Notes under the pieces: generated by a model
Database searches by the model: none
What the model was told of the DNA's origin: nothing
The model's input: the letters and a program-made list of their open reading frames with translations, nothing else
Part shown: in pieces, positions 41,741 through 53,900 of the stretch
Layout: each line of letters begins with the position of its first letter
How positions within the stretch are numbered: position 1 is the first letter of the stretch
Made by a program: the position numbers and the translations under genes
From: Octopus sinensis
Lineage: Eukaryota
NCBI RefSeq assembly: GCF_006345805.1
Contig: NC_043000.1
Coordinates: 54,746,001-54,810,000 of the forward strand
Direction of reading: 5' to 3'
DNA length: 64,000 bases

Positions 41741-42698
41741 TCTCTCTATATATAAATGGCAGTTTGTCTGTCTGTGTGTCTGTGTGTCTGTCAGGTTGTA
41801 CCCTCACCCTTACCACGGCTTTCAACCGATTCTGATGAAATTTGACACACACATAGCCCAATGTCATAATTCAAAACTAACGCAGCGAAAATTTTGAAAA
41901 GTTCCCCCAGTTCTGAAAAAAATCGATAAATTCGACATGGGGTCGAGAATCAGAAACACAAACCACAGATTCTAGGGGACGCAACTCGACCTTTTTAACT
42001 CTCAACTCCATCAATATCCAGCTACTTGAAGCTATTGCTGGTGATGTCCACGTCTACAAATCTATTGATAAGACAGCAGACCCCGCCGAGCTTGCCGATT
42101 ATCCTGTTGAATTCCTGAATTCCCTTGAACCGCCAGGCCTGCCGCCACACATCCTGAAGTTAAAAGTCGGTGCGCCCATTATGCTCATCAGGAATTTGGT
42201 TCCACCTAAACAGTGCAACGGCACACGTCTGGTTGTGAAACATTTGCCACCATATTTAATAACGGCCACAATACTTACCGGTTGTGGGAAGGGAGAGGAC
42301 GTCTTCATTCCACGCATGCACCTTCAACCGTCGGGCGCTGACCTACCAATCCACTTCAAGCGTTCTCAGTTTCCTGTTAAACTCTGATTCGCAATGTCCA
42401 TCAATAAATCCCAAGGCCAAACGCTACAAGTCGCTGGGTTACAGTTGGGCGAACTGTGCTTCGCCCACGGTCAACTCTACGTGGGCTGTTCACTCGTTGG
42501 GAGGCGCAATGATGTTTTCATATTTTCGTCCAAAGGGACAGCTAGGATCATCGTATACTCAGAAGTATTCGAATGAAGAGAAGACATTGCAACCTACACA
42601 TGTGCCTTCGTTCCCTAGAGGGAAAGAACTAGATTGGGATTAGTAGTTGCCTACTAGGGGCTCTTACATACCCGGGCAACGCCGGGCTATGCTGCTAG
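41741..42698 (+). mobile_element. Internally deleted (non-autonomous) Helitron, 958 bp
   Basis: A|TC 5' end at 41741; subterminal hairpin CCCGG-gcaacg-CCGGG at 42671-42686; CTAG|T 3' end; no target-site duplication. Confidence 0.93.
42004..42576 (+). pseudogene. Helitron PIF1-like helicase C-terminal fragment with one premature stop
   Basis: YPVEFLNSLEPPGLPPHILKLKVGAPIMLIRNL..CNGTRL...QFPVKL*FAMSINKSQGQTL...HGQLYVG. Confidence 0.92.
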
Positions 42699-42769
42699 TC
42701 TGTTATAGATACGAGGAGGAAATTTGGTAGCGCCGATGGAAATTATGTAGAAGCTCATTGTTTATGTGT

Positions 42770-42804
<35 letters not shown>

Positions 42805-45079
42805 GTGTATGTATACATGTGTGTATGTGTGTGCATGAGTAGCTTTGCGTTTGTTTCCTTCGTGCTACGGTAAAGCAATCGATAGAAAATGTACCAACGA
42901 TTGGATAAAAAATATATATAATAAACACAATCTGTTTTTAGGTGAAGCCTTCAAGGCAGTGGCCCACGCTTAATATGCATTTAATTAAAGATGCGTGATA
43001 TGAAATGAATTTGTTTCTGTCTAGATATTCAGGTAGTTCATAGAAGTCTGGTATTCATTTGTACCATTTTTTACTTTTCAAGTACCTATCATTTATCATG
43101 CTTTCGTACTATCACGTTTGTACATGTGTATATATAACTATATGAATATACATACATATGTACATATATATACATGTATGTATATATATATGTCTATATA
43201 TACATATATAGACACACACGCACAAAGAAACGCGCGCGCGTACGCACATATGTACATGCCTACAAACGTATTATTAGCATTCTGCAAATTACTGATACAG
43301 CGTTCGAAAGCAAGAGAACCATAAGTTTATACTGATTAAATAAATATATGCATAAGGAACGTGCTGACTAAATGATTAACTACATTTACGTTTAAGTTTA
43401 AACAGCTTTAGGTTTACTAGTAACGCTTTTGTCTTTCGTTTCAACATAGTTAAACTTCCATAATATACTAGAGTCGAATGCGCAAAAGTATTGTTTCCTT
43501 CTATGAACGTCGTCCAATTTTCTGACTAAAGATTTCAGTACACCTAGGACAAATTATTTCGATATCTTTATTTTGTATTATTTAACAGTAGCTTCTTATT
43601 TTTAATATGAATCATAAAAGAACGTTAGGATAGCTTTAGCTATAGCTTTCATATCTTTGCTTGTCACTCACACAGAACAGTAAAATAAAGCTAGACATAA
43701 GATTTCATTTCACACTGCTCTGCGTTTGCCGCAGCTGAAAAGACTCGTACGGAATTTTTATCTCTGAAAATCAGAGAACGTGTTGTCAGATTCGATATTG
43801 TTTCTCTTAGAATTTACATTATTTATTATCTTCGTCAGCATCAACAAAATTTGTTTTATGGCTATCGGATATTAATATCTCTAATTTTAAAATCTACGGA
43901 TATTTGGTTGATTTCAATACTGTTCCCGAGCCAATTGTTTAATAAAAACTTTCTAGATAATTGTCGTGTAAAAAATGTTTGAAAAACATCTCGTAGGTTG
44001 TGAATTGCAATATACTGATTTCTAAAAGTAATTAAAGATGCATATGGTATTCAAACTTGTTATAGTTTGGAGAAAACCTATATTGAAATACCTAAGCTGA
44101 ACACGACAGACTTGTTATGGATATTAAATATTCGCCGTTATATTGTGTGCACAATATATCAAGGAATAATACTCTTATTTCGGTTATTGGTTTTCTTCCC
44201 GTTTACTAGACATACGCGGCTCATGAATTTGGGTTTGGTGTGTACCTCACAATGTACGAAGTGACCGTTCAATTAAGGTACACAACCTGTACTCCTAGAG
44301 ACAAACAATCTATTATTCACTTTTACGTCTAGAAAGATGTACTGGAAATATTATAGCTATGTTTTGAAAGAGAAAAGTTATTGAAAATATCTTCCTCTAC
44401 ATATGTTATATATTCAAATTGCTGCTTAACTGGATTTAAGCCAGAATAATTCCATCCTTTTTTAGAAATAAAATTATTATTACACTTTCTTGACGCATGT
44501 AGAATTCCAATGCCCATAACTTCGATAATTCTACATTTTTCCAGTTAAACTTATTCGATGATTGTACGTATATTTTTGATTCAAGGACGTTTTTAATAAG
44601 TATGTCCCAATATAATGAACTCTTACTTTAAATGCTTAAAATTCTTTAAAAAATGAAATCAAACTTCCAACCACATTCAGTTAGGACACCCTGTATCACT
44701 TATACTTATTTTACAAATCATAATATTTATTGCTTATTTACAGTTCATACGATATTTTCATGAAACTAGTTCAACCATCGAATTTAGAAGTATTTAACAG
44801 GTTTCGTTGTTTGTGTTTGATTACTTTGAATATTGATTCTTTTGTGTGTCCAATTTCTAATTTGTGCACACAGTATCATTTTTATACTTTATTTGACACG
44901 TGATAGCCGATAACCTCTCTCACCAACCTCCAACACTCTCTCCATCTTGCAGCTGACAGTTTTTGAACTTTTTCGCGACGGAAAATACACCTTTTGTGGC
45001 AGTTATAACGAAATTTCTTTCTTATATCAGTTATAAGACGTTTCAATAGATCACCTATACCACCAGGAATAACCGGGTA

Positions 45080-46560
45080 CACCAGCTAAAATCACACGAG
45101 GAACAAACACAAGAAAAAAAAACAAAAACGCCAGGACGTGGGACATGCAAGGAATTAGCAAATACTCAGGGAAGGAATAAAAAGGTAGTTATACGCTTCT
45201 CACTTCGTCAGAAACAGGAGACGATAGAAAGTCCAAGAGAAGAGGAGGCGGGAAAAAGCCCCAACGATCTTCAAATCGTTACATTTTGAAATGACCGGAA
45301 GGGAATGTGTGAAGAAAAAGTTCTTTCTAAAACAGTAGAGGTAACTGTGTGTATGTGTGGACATGTGCGTGCGCACGAGTCTGAGTGTGTGTGTCTGTGT
45401 GTGATTGTGTGTTGTGTTGTGTGTGTGGTGTTGTGTGGTGCTGACTCTTTGTATGTGTGTTCATGTATGTGTGTGTTGTGTGTGTGTGTATGTAGTTCGT
45501 GTGGGAGGTATATGTGAGGTATATGTGTGTGCACATGCGTGTGTTTACACATGCATGTATATGTGCGTGTGTGTATATGTACATGTGTGTATGTATATGT
45601 GCGTGTATACAGAAATAAAATAAAATATAAAATAAGATTGATAAAAAATAGGGTAAAAATGAGGAAAGGTACGCGATGAAAAAATAAAATTAATGAATAA
45701 AAAATGAATAAAAAATACAAACATAACAGATACAAAATAAAAAATAAAACTTAAAGAGATAAAGTAGAAATAAATACAATCATTAAAAAATTAATACAAT
45801 GAAAAAATTTTAAAGTTTGACGGAAAAAATTATTAAAAATCCACAAAAAGAATAACTGTTTAAAAAAGTGAGTGGAGATAAGATAGGATACAATAAGATA
45901 AAATGTTATTTTTGAAGGAGGGTGTAGAGACAGTCCTTAAGAGGAGGGGTTGTGTTGAGTCCGAATGGGGTTTGTGTTTGTAGACTGAAAATGTAACGCT
46001 GTTCCAGGCGGAGTCCAGACTATATGGATCCGTGCTAAAAGACGAGGCCAAAAACGGAGATATTAGAGGTGGAGTGGTCAGCCAAGCGGAAATGACGAGC
46101 GAAGGGGGTGTCCGTATGTAGCCGAACATCTCATAGATGTTTGGTGAACCTCTCCGCCAGCCGGCGTCCGTCTGACCAACGTAGAGTTTATTGGAGAGAT
46201 TATGTCTAGTGCAATAGATAAGGCTTTAAGAAGTGTAAGAGAAGGACTTTCTAATGTGGAGGGTGTGCTGGTTGGATCCAGCGAGGGAGGTGGTTTTGGT
46301 GATGAAAGTGGAGGTGTGACAGCGGCATCTAGAACAAGGGGAGGATCTGAGTGGGACTGGGATGGAAGAGGGAGAGTGCTACGGAGTAGTAGATCGCGTA
46401 GGTTACGGAGGCGTTTAAAGGAGGGCAACGGTGGGTTGTGGAAATTGGAGTGGGTAGTAGGATCTAGCTGGAGACGACGGAAATATTTATCTCATAGTGT
46501 GATGAGGTAAGGTAGATAAAAGAGAGGTCAGACATAAAGAAGAAATAAGGGTTATAGAGA
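45080..46560 (-). mobile_element. Degenerate Penelope-like element 3' part (GIY-YIG) plus downstream terminal-repeat-like segment
   Basis: SFKRLRNLRDLL, KLYVGQT (frameshift) RRLAERFTKHL*DVR, LRLEQRYIFSL and GLN. CTGACGA core remnant at about 45190-45218. Confidence 0.75.
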
Positions 46561-46769
46561 TGTACACAATGTATTTGTTAATGCTTATAGGGCTTTTATA
46601 GGGGTAATATTCGTGTTGGGTGAGCTTAAATTAAAATTTATGGAATAATTGAAAAGTGCAGAAGAATTTTTGCTTACTCGTAGTGAAAGCCTCATTGTAT
46701 TAAGCAATTGTGGTAAGCTGATATATATATATACATATGTGTATATATTTATATATATATATATATATA

Positions 46770-46995
46770 TGTCCTTGTTTGTCCCCTCTGTGTTTAGCCC
46801 CTTGTGGGTAGTAAAGAAATAGGTATTTTGTTTGTCTTTATGTTCTGATTTCAAATTCCGTCGGGTCGATAAATTAAGTACCAATTGCGTACTGGGGTAA
46901 TCGACTGAGGGTCGATTACATACTCGGGTACCGGTATGTAATCGACTGACCCGTCTCCCAAAATGTCGGGTCTTGTACCTATAGTAGAAAAGTAT
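46770..46995 (+). mobile_element. Partial dimer-type SINE family 1 copy (spacer plus second body)
   Basis: GTCCTTGTTTGTCCCCTCTGTGTTTAGCCCCTTGTGGG spacer followed by body and tail. Confidence 0.85.
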
Positions 46996-47117
46996 ATATA
47001 TAATCTAGTGTAACGGCAAGCAAGTTCTTATATTGTCACCATTCATGGATATTTTGTGCGACGTCTATTTCTGACTATTTCTCTCTCCTCTTTGCCTTCC
47101 TCTCTCTCCTCTTTGCC

Positions 47118-47154
<37 letters not shown>

Positions 47155-48124
47155 CCATCCCCCTTCTCTCTCTCTCTCTCATTCTCTAGCACTTTTTTCT
47201 GTGTTGTTATCTGGCTCTGTTTTCCTTTCCTCTTTTCTCTCCTTCCCTGTCCGTTACTTTCTGTCTCAGTATCTGCCCTGTACCACATTTTCTCCCTACT
47301 CCGACTGCCACGTAACCCGTGGTCATTCTCCCCTCTTTTTTCCATTTTCTCTTTACGCCTGGTCGCCAAGAGGTTCAGCCACGTTTCTCTCGTCTCCCAC
47401 TTTCAACACCGTTTGTTGTCTCACCGCTGTTGCATTTGTTCCCACTTTCGGACACTTCTGCTGGTGTTATCGCTTTCTTTCTCTCCTGTTTGAGCTGAAA
47501 GCTTTATCTTGTTTGTATAATGTATATCTATTTGATTTTTTCCGTACGTTTATATTCTACAGTATTTGTTTTCATCTCTGTTCCATGTCCGTTTGCTCTT
47601 CATCTCAGCTTGAGCTGCAAGGCCCTAGTTTATATTATGTTGTTTGTATGATATATATTTATTTCATTTTTGTTTCTTTGATAACATTATGTCGTGTTTG
47701 GCTTCTTGTTTGTTCACTGTTTCCCAGCTGCCTCTCGTCACTGACGCCAGCAAAGGTGACCAATATTATCGTTAAATGCGTGAAATTGTCACAATCCTTT
47801 GGACTATAACTGACATTTATGCGTGGATTTCCCGTTTGTTGTGCTTCTGTATAATGTCTGAATATATTACTTAATGTAACGCCACGCACGCTCCTATCTT
47901 ATAACAATTCAGTGTATATATATATATATATATATATATGCATACACATATGATGCACTCTCCGGTGGAAGACGACATATGAGCGTGCAGGTTTTCCCGA
48001 ATGACCTGCACAAGTGTATAACTGAATTGCCATCAAGGGAGAGTGAAACACTCGTACCAACAAGAGAAATATGTCTAAAGATTTACATGATAATTCAATC
48101 TGTTCTTTTCCTTCTCAAGAAAAT

Positions 48125-48518
48125 TATTATTTTCTACTCTAGGCACAAGGCCTGAAATTTTGGGGGAGAGGGCCAGTCGATTAGATCGAACCCAGTACGC
48201 AACTGGTATTTAATTTATCGACCCCCCGAAAGGATGAAAGGCAAAGTCAACCTCCCGCGGAATTTGAACGCAGAACGTAAAGACAGACGAAATACCTATT
48301 TCTTTACTACCCACAAGGGGCTAAACATAGAGAGGACAAACAAGGACAGACATAGGTAGTAAGTCGATTACATCAACCCCAGTGCATAACTGGTGCTTAA
48401 TTTATCGAAAGCATGAAAGGCAAAGTCGACCTCGGCGGAATTTGAACTCACAACGTAACGGCAGACGAAATACCGCTAAGAATTTCGGCCGCCGTGCTAA
48501 CGCTTCTGCCAGCTCCTT
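48125..48518 (-). mobile_element. Complete dimeric SINE family 1 copy
   Basis: Head, body, same spacer as the 30855 copy, second body, tail AGAGTAGAAAATAAT. Confidence 0.9.
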
Positions 48519-49144
48519 AAAAGTGGGTCTGCAATGATTAGATTGTCGCCAATGCCTATGGATTTCTTTCATGTTCTTGATCATTGGAAAAAACTTTATC
48601 ATCAGGATCAACTCACCTACTATATCTCCCAATGTATCCCTATATTCCCTCTCCACTGCTCGTACACCTTGCATACAACTTCTTCCCTAGCCTCCTTCCT
48701 GAAGTTTTTCTCTATCTCCCACCTTACCCCTCCCCATACTGGAATATGTTATCATCTACACTCTCACACTTCCTCATCACTTACTACATTACCCTCTAAA
48801 CTCTAACTGTCTATTCACCACTCACACTCTTATTAAATCATCCCCATAGTCTCTAATCTCCTTCCTTGACCCACTGTCTATACCCACCTCCTTATCCTCA
48901 CCATCTACCTCTTTGAGATTTTACTCTAGCACCCCGACACTACTTACCCCTTTTCTCCTTCAGTCATACACTTCCTCTATAGCAAGACACCTGTGCTGGT
49001 TCCTCTGCCATACATTAGCCTTTCCTCTCACAAATACTTCGTCTTAGTAGTGGCAGATGCTTTCTTATTTTTTTTATTTCCTCGTTAATGTTTTGCAAGT
49101 TTCATGGCCGCCTCACTAATAAATAAGAGATTCCGGCTCTCTTG

Positions 49145-49430
49145 TAAAGGGATTAGCAGCCGTATAAATCATGTCGAAGATGGCACTGAAGTTAAACGCA
49201 GCGCTGTGGCTCTCCCGTTTCTTCTCAAATCGTCCAGCCCATGCCAGCATGTAATTCGGAAGTTGAAAACGAACGTTAAATTATGATGATGATGATGATA
49301 AGGAGGAGGAGGAGGAGGATGGTGATGATGATGATGAGGAGGAGGAGGAGGATGAGGAGGAGGAGGATGAGGATGATGGTGATGATGATTATGATGATGG
49401 TAGTGGTGGTGGTGGTGGTGGTAGTGGTGG
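49145..49430 (+). mobile_element. 3' remnant of a SINE/LINE ending in (GAT)n, followed by GAG/GGT triplet tracts
   Basis: CGTCCAGCCCATGCCAGCATG...CGTTAAATTATGATGATGAT resembles an RTE-type tail as I recall it. Confidence 0.45.
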
Positions 49431-50264
49431 TTTTACACAAATCATAACATATATTAAAATATAGGACACAGAATAAAGGACCGTGCCATGTTATATGACA
49501 GTAAATTATGGCAAAAGAATGCATCTTATAACATATCAACACCGATATAATCGGAAACTCCTTTCTTTTAACAGGTAACAATACCCTTTTTATAGAAACT
49601 AGCATAGTTGATATTGTGGGCCGTAGCCGCATCCATAAGATAAAATAATTCGCCTACGCGCCGAACGGCTCATTATATTTCCATACCGAGCGGTCTGTCT
49701 GCAGTTTCATAACAAAATGCTATGGAATACCTTACTCATCTACCTAGTGCAAAATAGCATAGTTTAACTCAGAATGAATAGATATGAAGCAACCGAGAAC
49801 ATGATATATGCTGCAATAAGTAAAATAATTTTTCAGTGCTACAGAATACACATTTACAATACGATACCTTAAGTAATGCTGCAAAATAGAGTATCTTAGT
49901 GCTGTTGTTGCAGCTGTTGCTGACTCATTAATTTATATCATACCGATATGGTGCTCGCTATTCAATACAACTGCTAAGCTGGCGTTCGCTTGCAACATCC
50001 GCAATTTTAATAGTATACTTTCATTCAGTTTCGCATTATCTATTGGAAAGTTAACTTGACTGTAGAGTCATTTCATTTTGATGGCATTAAGTCTACTCTG
50101 CTTCCAACTTTAAACTTCTCCTCCATTTGCGCCTCCAACCCCCTCCCCTCCCCCTCCTCGTCATTGTCAGGATCGTCATCGTTGTCGTCGTCGTTGTTGC
50201 TGTTGTTGTTGTTGATGGTGGCGGTGGTGGTGATATTATTATTATTATTATTATTATATTATTA

Positions 50265-50320
<56 letters not shown>

Positions 50321-50323
<3 letters not shown>

Positions 50324-51135
50324 TAGTTTTATTTTTATAGCGTGCTTTCACTTCACTACCGAGCGCAGCTCTGTGTGCCTTGGGAATGTGCTGTGATTTG
50401 TTGTGATGCTTTGATGGTTTTTCTGTATGTTATATGTGTTTGTAAGTCCTGGTGTTTTTGTTATGTATTTGTCTGAATATTTTTTATCATGCCTAATGCA
50501 CCTACTATGATAGGAATTGTTTCTGTTTTCAGATTCCACATTCTAGTTACCTCTATTTCCATGTCTTTGTATTTTGAGAGTTTCTCCATTTCTTTTAGAG
50601 ACACGTTATCATTTGCCGGTATTGATACATCAATTAGAAAGCACTTTTTTTCTTCATGATCTCTGACAACTATATCTGGTCTGTTGGCCTTAATTTCTCT
50701 ATCTGTGTGTATCGGCATATCCCAGAGTATGGTTGCTTTCTCGTTTTCTGTGACCTTTTCTGGTGTGTGCCTATACCATCTTTTTTCTGTTGTTATTCCA
50801 TAATGTTGGCATAGCTTCCAATGTATGTAGGTTCCAACTCTGTCATGTCTGTGAATATATTCCTTCTTAGCCAGGACTGGGCAGCTAGAGATAATATGAT
50901 TTATTGTTTCTTGTCCATCTCCACATATTCTGCAGTTACTTGTAATATTTCTTTTCATTACACGTTTTTAGTAATTTCTGGTGTGGAGGCTTTGGTCTTG
51001 TGCTGCAATTAAGAATCCCTCTGTTTCTGCTTTGAGTCCTGAGCTTCTCAACCATTGCTGGGATTTTTCTTTGTCTATTTCTTTTGCGTTTAGTTTAGTC
51101 CAGTATTTACCACGTATTTATTATTCCAGTATTTA
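50321..51135 (-). mobile_element. 5'-truncated R4/Dong-like RLE LINE (zinc knuckle plus restriction-like endonuclease)
   Basis: LKAETEGFLIAAQDQ, CRICGDGQETINHIISSC (C-x2-C-x8-H-x4-C), RPDIVV, FLIDVSIP and EKLSKYKD. (AAT)n on both sides. Confidence 0.92.
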
Positions 51136-51179
51136 TTATTATTATTATTATCATTATTATTATTATTATTATTATTATT

Positions 51180-51700
51180 GAGTGAGAGAGCAGTGCATGC
51201 CATTAAAGTGACACTGGGGTAAAATATACGAAGCCCAATATACCCATCATGACTACCCGTCTGATAAGGGCACACCAGGCACATGCATCACAACCATATG
51301 TGCGCGACATGGTGATATCATATCAAGATAAACAGCATATGACCTTGCAGGTGGGGCCCAGTTAGAATTTTCTTCATGTTGAGTAGCCCATCCCGCTCAA
51401 GCGGTCCCTGAATAAGGGTTGTTTAAGGATGTTGAAAGAACAACCCATGTTTCCAGAGGTGAATTATTCAAACCCCAAAGAATCCCTCTCAACACATGGC
51501 TATGATGCTCCCCCACTACTTCTGCTCGTGATCAGAGATGCACATATCGTCAGCCACTAAGGGACATGCTCAACTGGTTAAGGTCAAACAACTGACAAGC
51601 AAATCTATGGTATTGAGCAGAATATTTGCTGTAGCCCATCTTTTATACCAAGACAAAACAACGTACATGATAACACTTCCAATCAGTTAAGATCAGAAGC
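51180..51700. mobile_element. Unclassified non-coding element of about 520 bp bounded by (TAT)n on both sides
   Basis: Higher GC than flanks, sharp junctions with triplet repeats, no recognisable protein. Confidence 0.6.
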
Positions 51701-51725
51701 TTATTATTATTATTATTATTATTAT

Positions 51726-51764
<39 letters not shown>

Positions 51765-51789
51765 TAGTAGTAGTAGTAGTAGTAGTAGT

Positions 51790-52935
51790 ATGTGATGAAA
51801 ACTCACAGCTTATTTTGCTGGGTATAATGGAAAATGCCGGCTGTCTATAGCCAGCAGACTAAGGTGACACTTGATGGCTAGTCAGGTTTCAAGAACCCTG
51901 TGAAGAATTCTTGCAGTTCTAAGCAATGCCGACTTTTGTAGGTGTTCTACCTTCGGATTTCTATCAATCTCTTTTTTGTCATGCTGTTAGTTGATTGTTG
52001 ACAATTACTATTGGTATCACGTCTACTCTCCTCATTGACCAGAACATTCGTATACCCCACTTCAAATCGTTTTCTTCTTTCACACTGATCCTGTTGACAC
52101 CGTAACTTGCTATGTCGATTAACATACATGTTCTTTCTCCTTTATTCACCACAAAAATGTCCGATTTCCGACGTCTGGTTAGGTGATCGCACTGAATCAT
52201 TGCATCTAACAGGATTTTGCAATTCTCATTCTCGGTGATTCCTGGGGTTTGCGCATACCGCATCTTTGCTCATTGTAGGCCATGGTTTGCAAAGAGCTCC
52301 CAACGGATCATTCTTGCCAGATTGTGATGTCGTCTTTTGCATTCACGTAGTGCCAATTTCAGGCATTCGCTAACGATGTGCCATACAGTTTCACCCCTCT
52401 CACCACACATTCTGTATTTGTCGCTGTCGGTACTGTTGTCATTTCTGCACTTTACGTAATTGGTCCTTAGCACTTGTTGTTGACCTGCGCGTATAAGTGC
52501 TTATATCTCTATCCTCATGTCACTCCTCCTCATTCATAAGTACCAATCTTCTATAGTTGTCTTGGCGTTCATATTTCTTACAAACTCTCAGTACATTTTT
52601 TCTTCTTCCCTGCTGTTTCTTTTTATGTGTAATTTTCGTCATTAATTTTTTTTCTTTCATTGCACAATTCTCAAATTTGATGACGCCGGCCTTCTTCGCA
52701 TGTTTCGACAATAGCTCCTGAACATTCTTCACATACCACCCTAAGTTGTTTTCTTCTGTTTCGATACAATCTTGGCAACTGATCAAAACTCTGCCAACCA
52801 CACCTGGAAAAATACAGCCTATCGGTGTCACTCTGAAAGTGGAAGGCTCCGTGTACTGTCAATACTTCTTTTTTTGTCTTTGTATCCATTTTCATCAGTT
52901 CTTTCTTTCGACATTTTATAATTCCATCCTATTAA
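51790..52935 (-). mobile_element. Second, more decayed R4/Dong-like family fragment
   Basis: GIIK...MDTKTKKEVLTVHGAFH.QSDTDRLY, GRVLIS, YRMCGERGETVWHIVSEC, MLIDIA and LQKSALLRTARILHRVL. Confidence 0.85.
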
Positions 52936-53659
52936 CAGAGGATTCGTTTTAATCGACAAAGCGCTCTTCTTGAATGCTCGATAACTGTTAAAAGTATTGA
53001 ATCTACTGAATTAGTTGAAGCATCAGAGCATCAGCTATCCTTTCTTGTTTGATAACGCAGCAGTGAAGTACTAAGGTTAATTCAGCTTGCTCCCTTACTA
53101 TTTTTCTTTCTTGCTTTCTTTTTTTTCTTTCTGACTTTCCTTCGTTCCTTCTTTCTTTCTTGCTTTCTTCCAGACTCACTGTTTTCCGGAAGAAACCGGC
53201 GACGGCAGTATTGAAGAGAAATACGTCTAAGACTCCCCAAGATGTGCTCTGTGTCCTAATAGAACCTTTGTGACCGGATCACTGAATAATCCTAATCTCA
53301 GTGAGATGAATTTGAAGAGACGGTAACGCGCGAGATATGATGCTTTGCGGGATTTGCTCGAATTGTTTACGCTATAGTTTCAAACTACCGAGATCAAATC
53401 TGCTATTAGTCCCACTGAGGTTGATATGATAAATTACCAAGAAATGCTATGCAATCCAATATATAATTCTTGATAGTTTTCAGGCATTATGCCTATCTTA
53501 GAAACATTTAGTTTTTCTTCGTGAGATTCATGTAAGTTTCTGTTGCCCTGCATGGTGCACCTCCGAGTTCTTGGGACTTATGAAAAATTGCGTTCTTATT
53601 TTTGAAGGGATGTTGTGTGTAGTCTCCTCCTGTTATTTTACTACATTGGTTTCATTTAT

Positions 53660-53900
53660 GATAGGGTTTAGATTTAGATTTAAACCAGAAGACGGCATAC
53701 ATTGACGAAACATCTAGAAGTATTTCCTAGAGATTAAATGAACCTTGAGGCCATATGATGAAAAGAACTGCCCTCCATATTCTACCAACATGCTAAAGCC
53801 CATCTTCAAAGCACACTGGACCGACTTGACATATGCATTTTATCCAAGCACCTAAAAGACCCATTACTCGGACAAATACAGGAGTACATCCTCATAACAG
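53660..53900 (+). pseudogene. GIY-YIG (Penelope-like) remnant
   Basis: AYIDETSRSIS*RLNE resembles YIGET.R.L..R..EH; a downstream frame reads ICILSKHLKDPLLGQIQEYILI. Confidence 0.45.

Noticed and set aside
51500-51570. Minus-strand CTGACGA...GAAG in the 520-bp element
   Set aside because: No complementary stem I after any NUH triplet.
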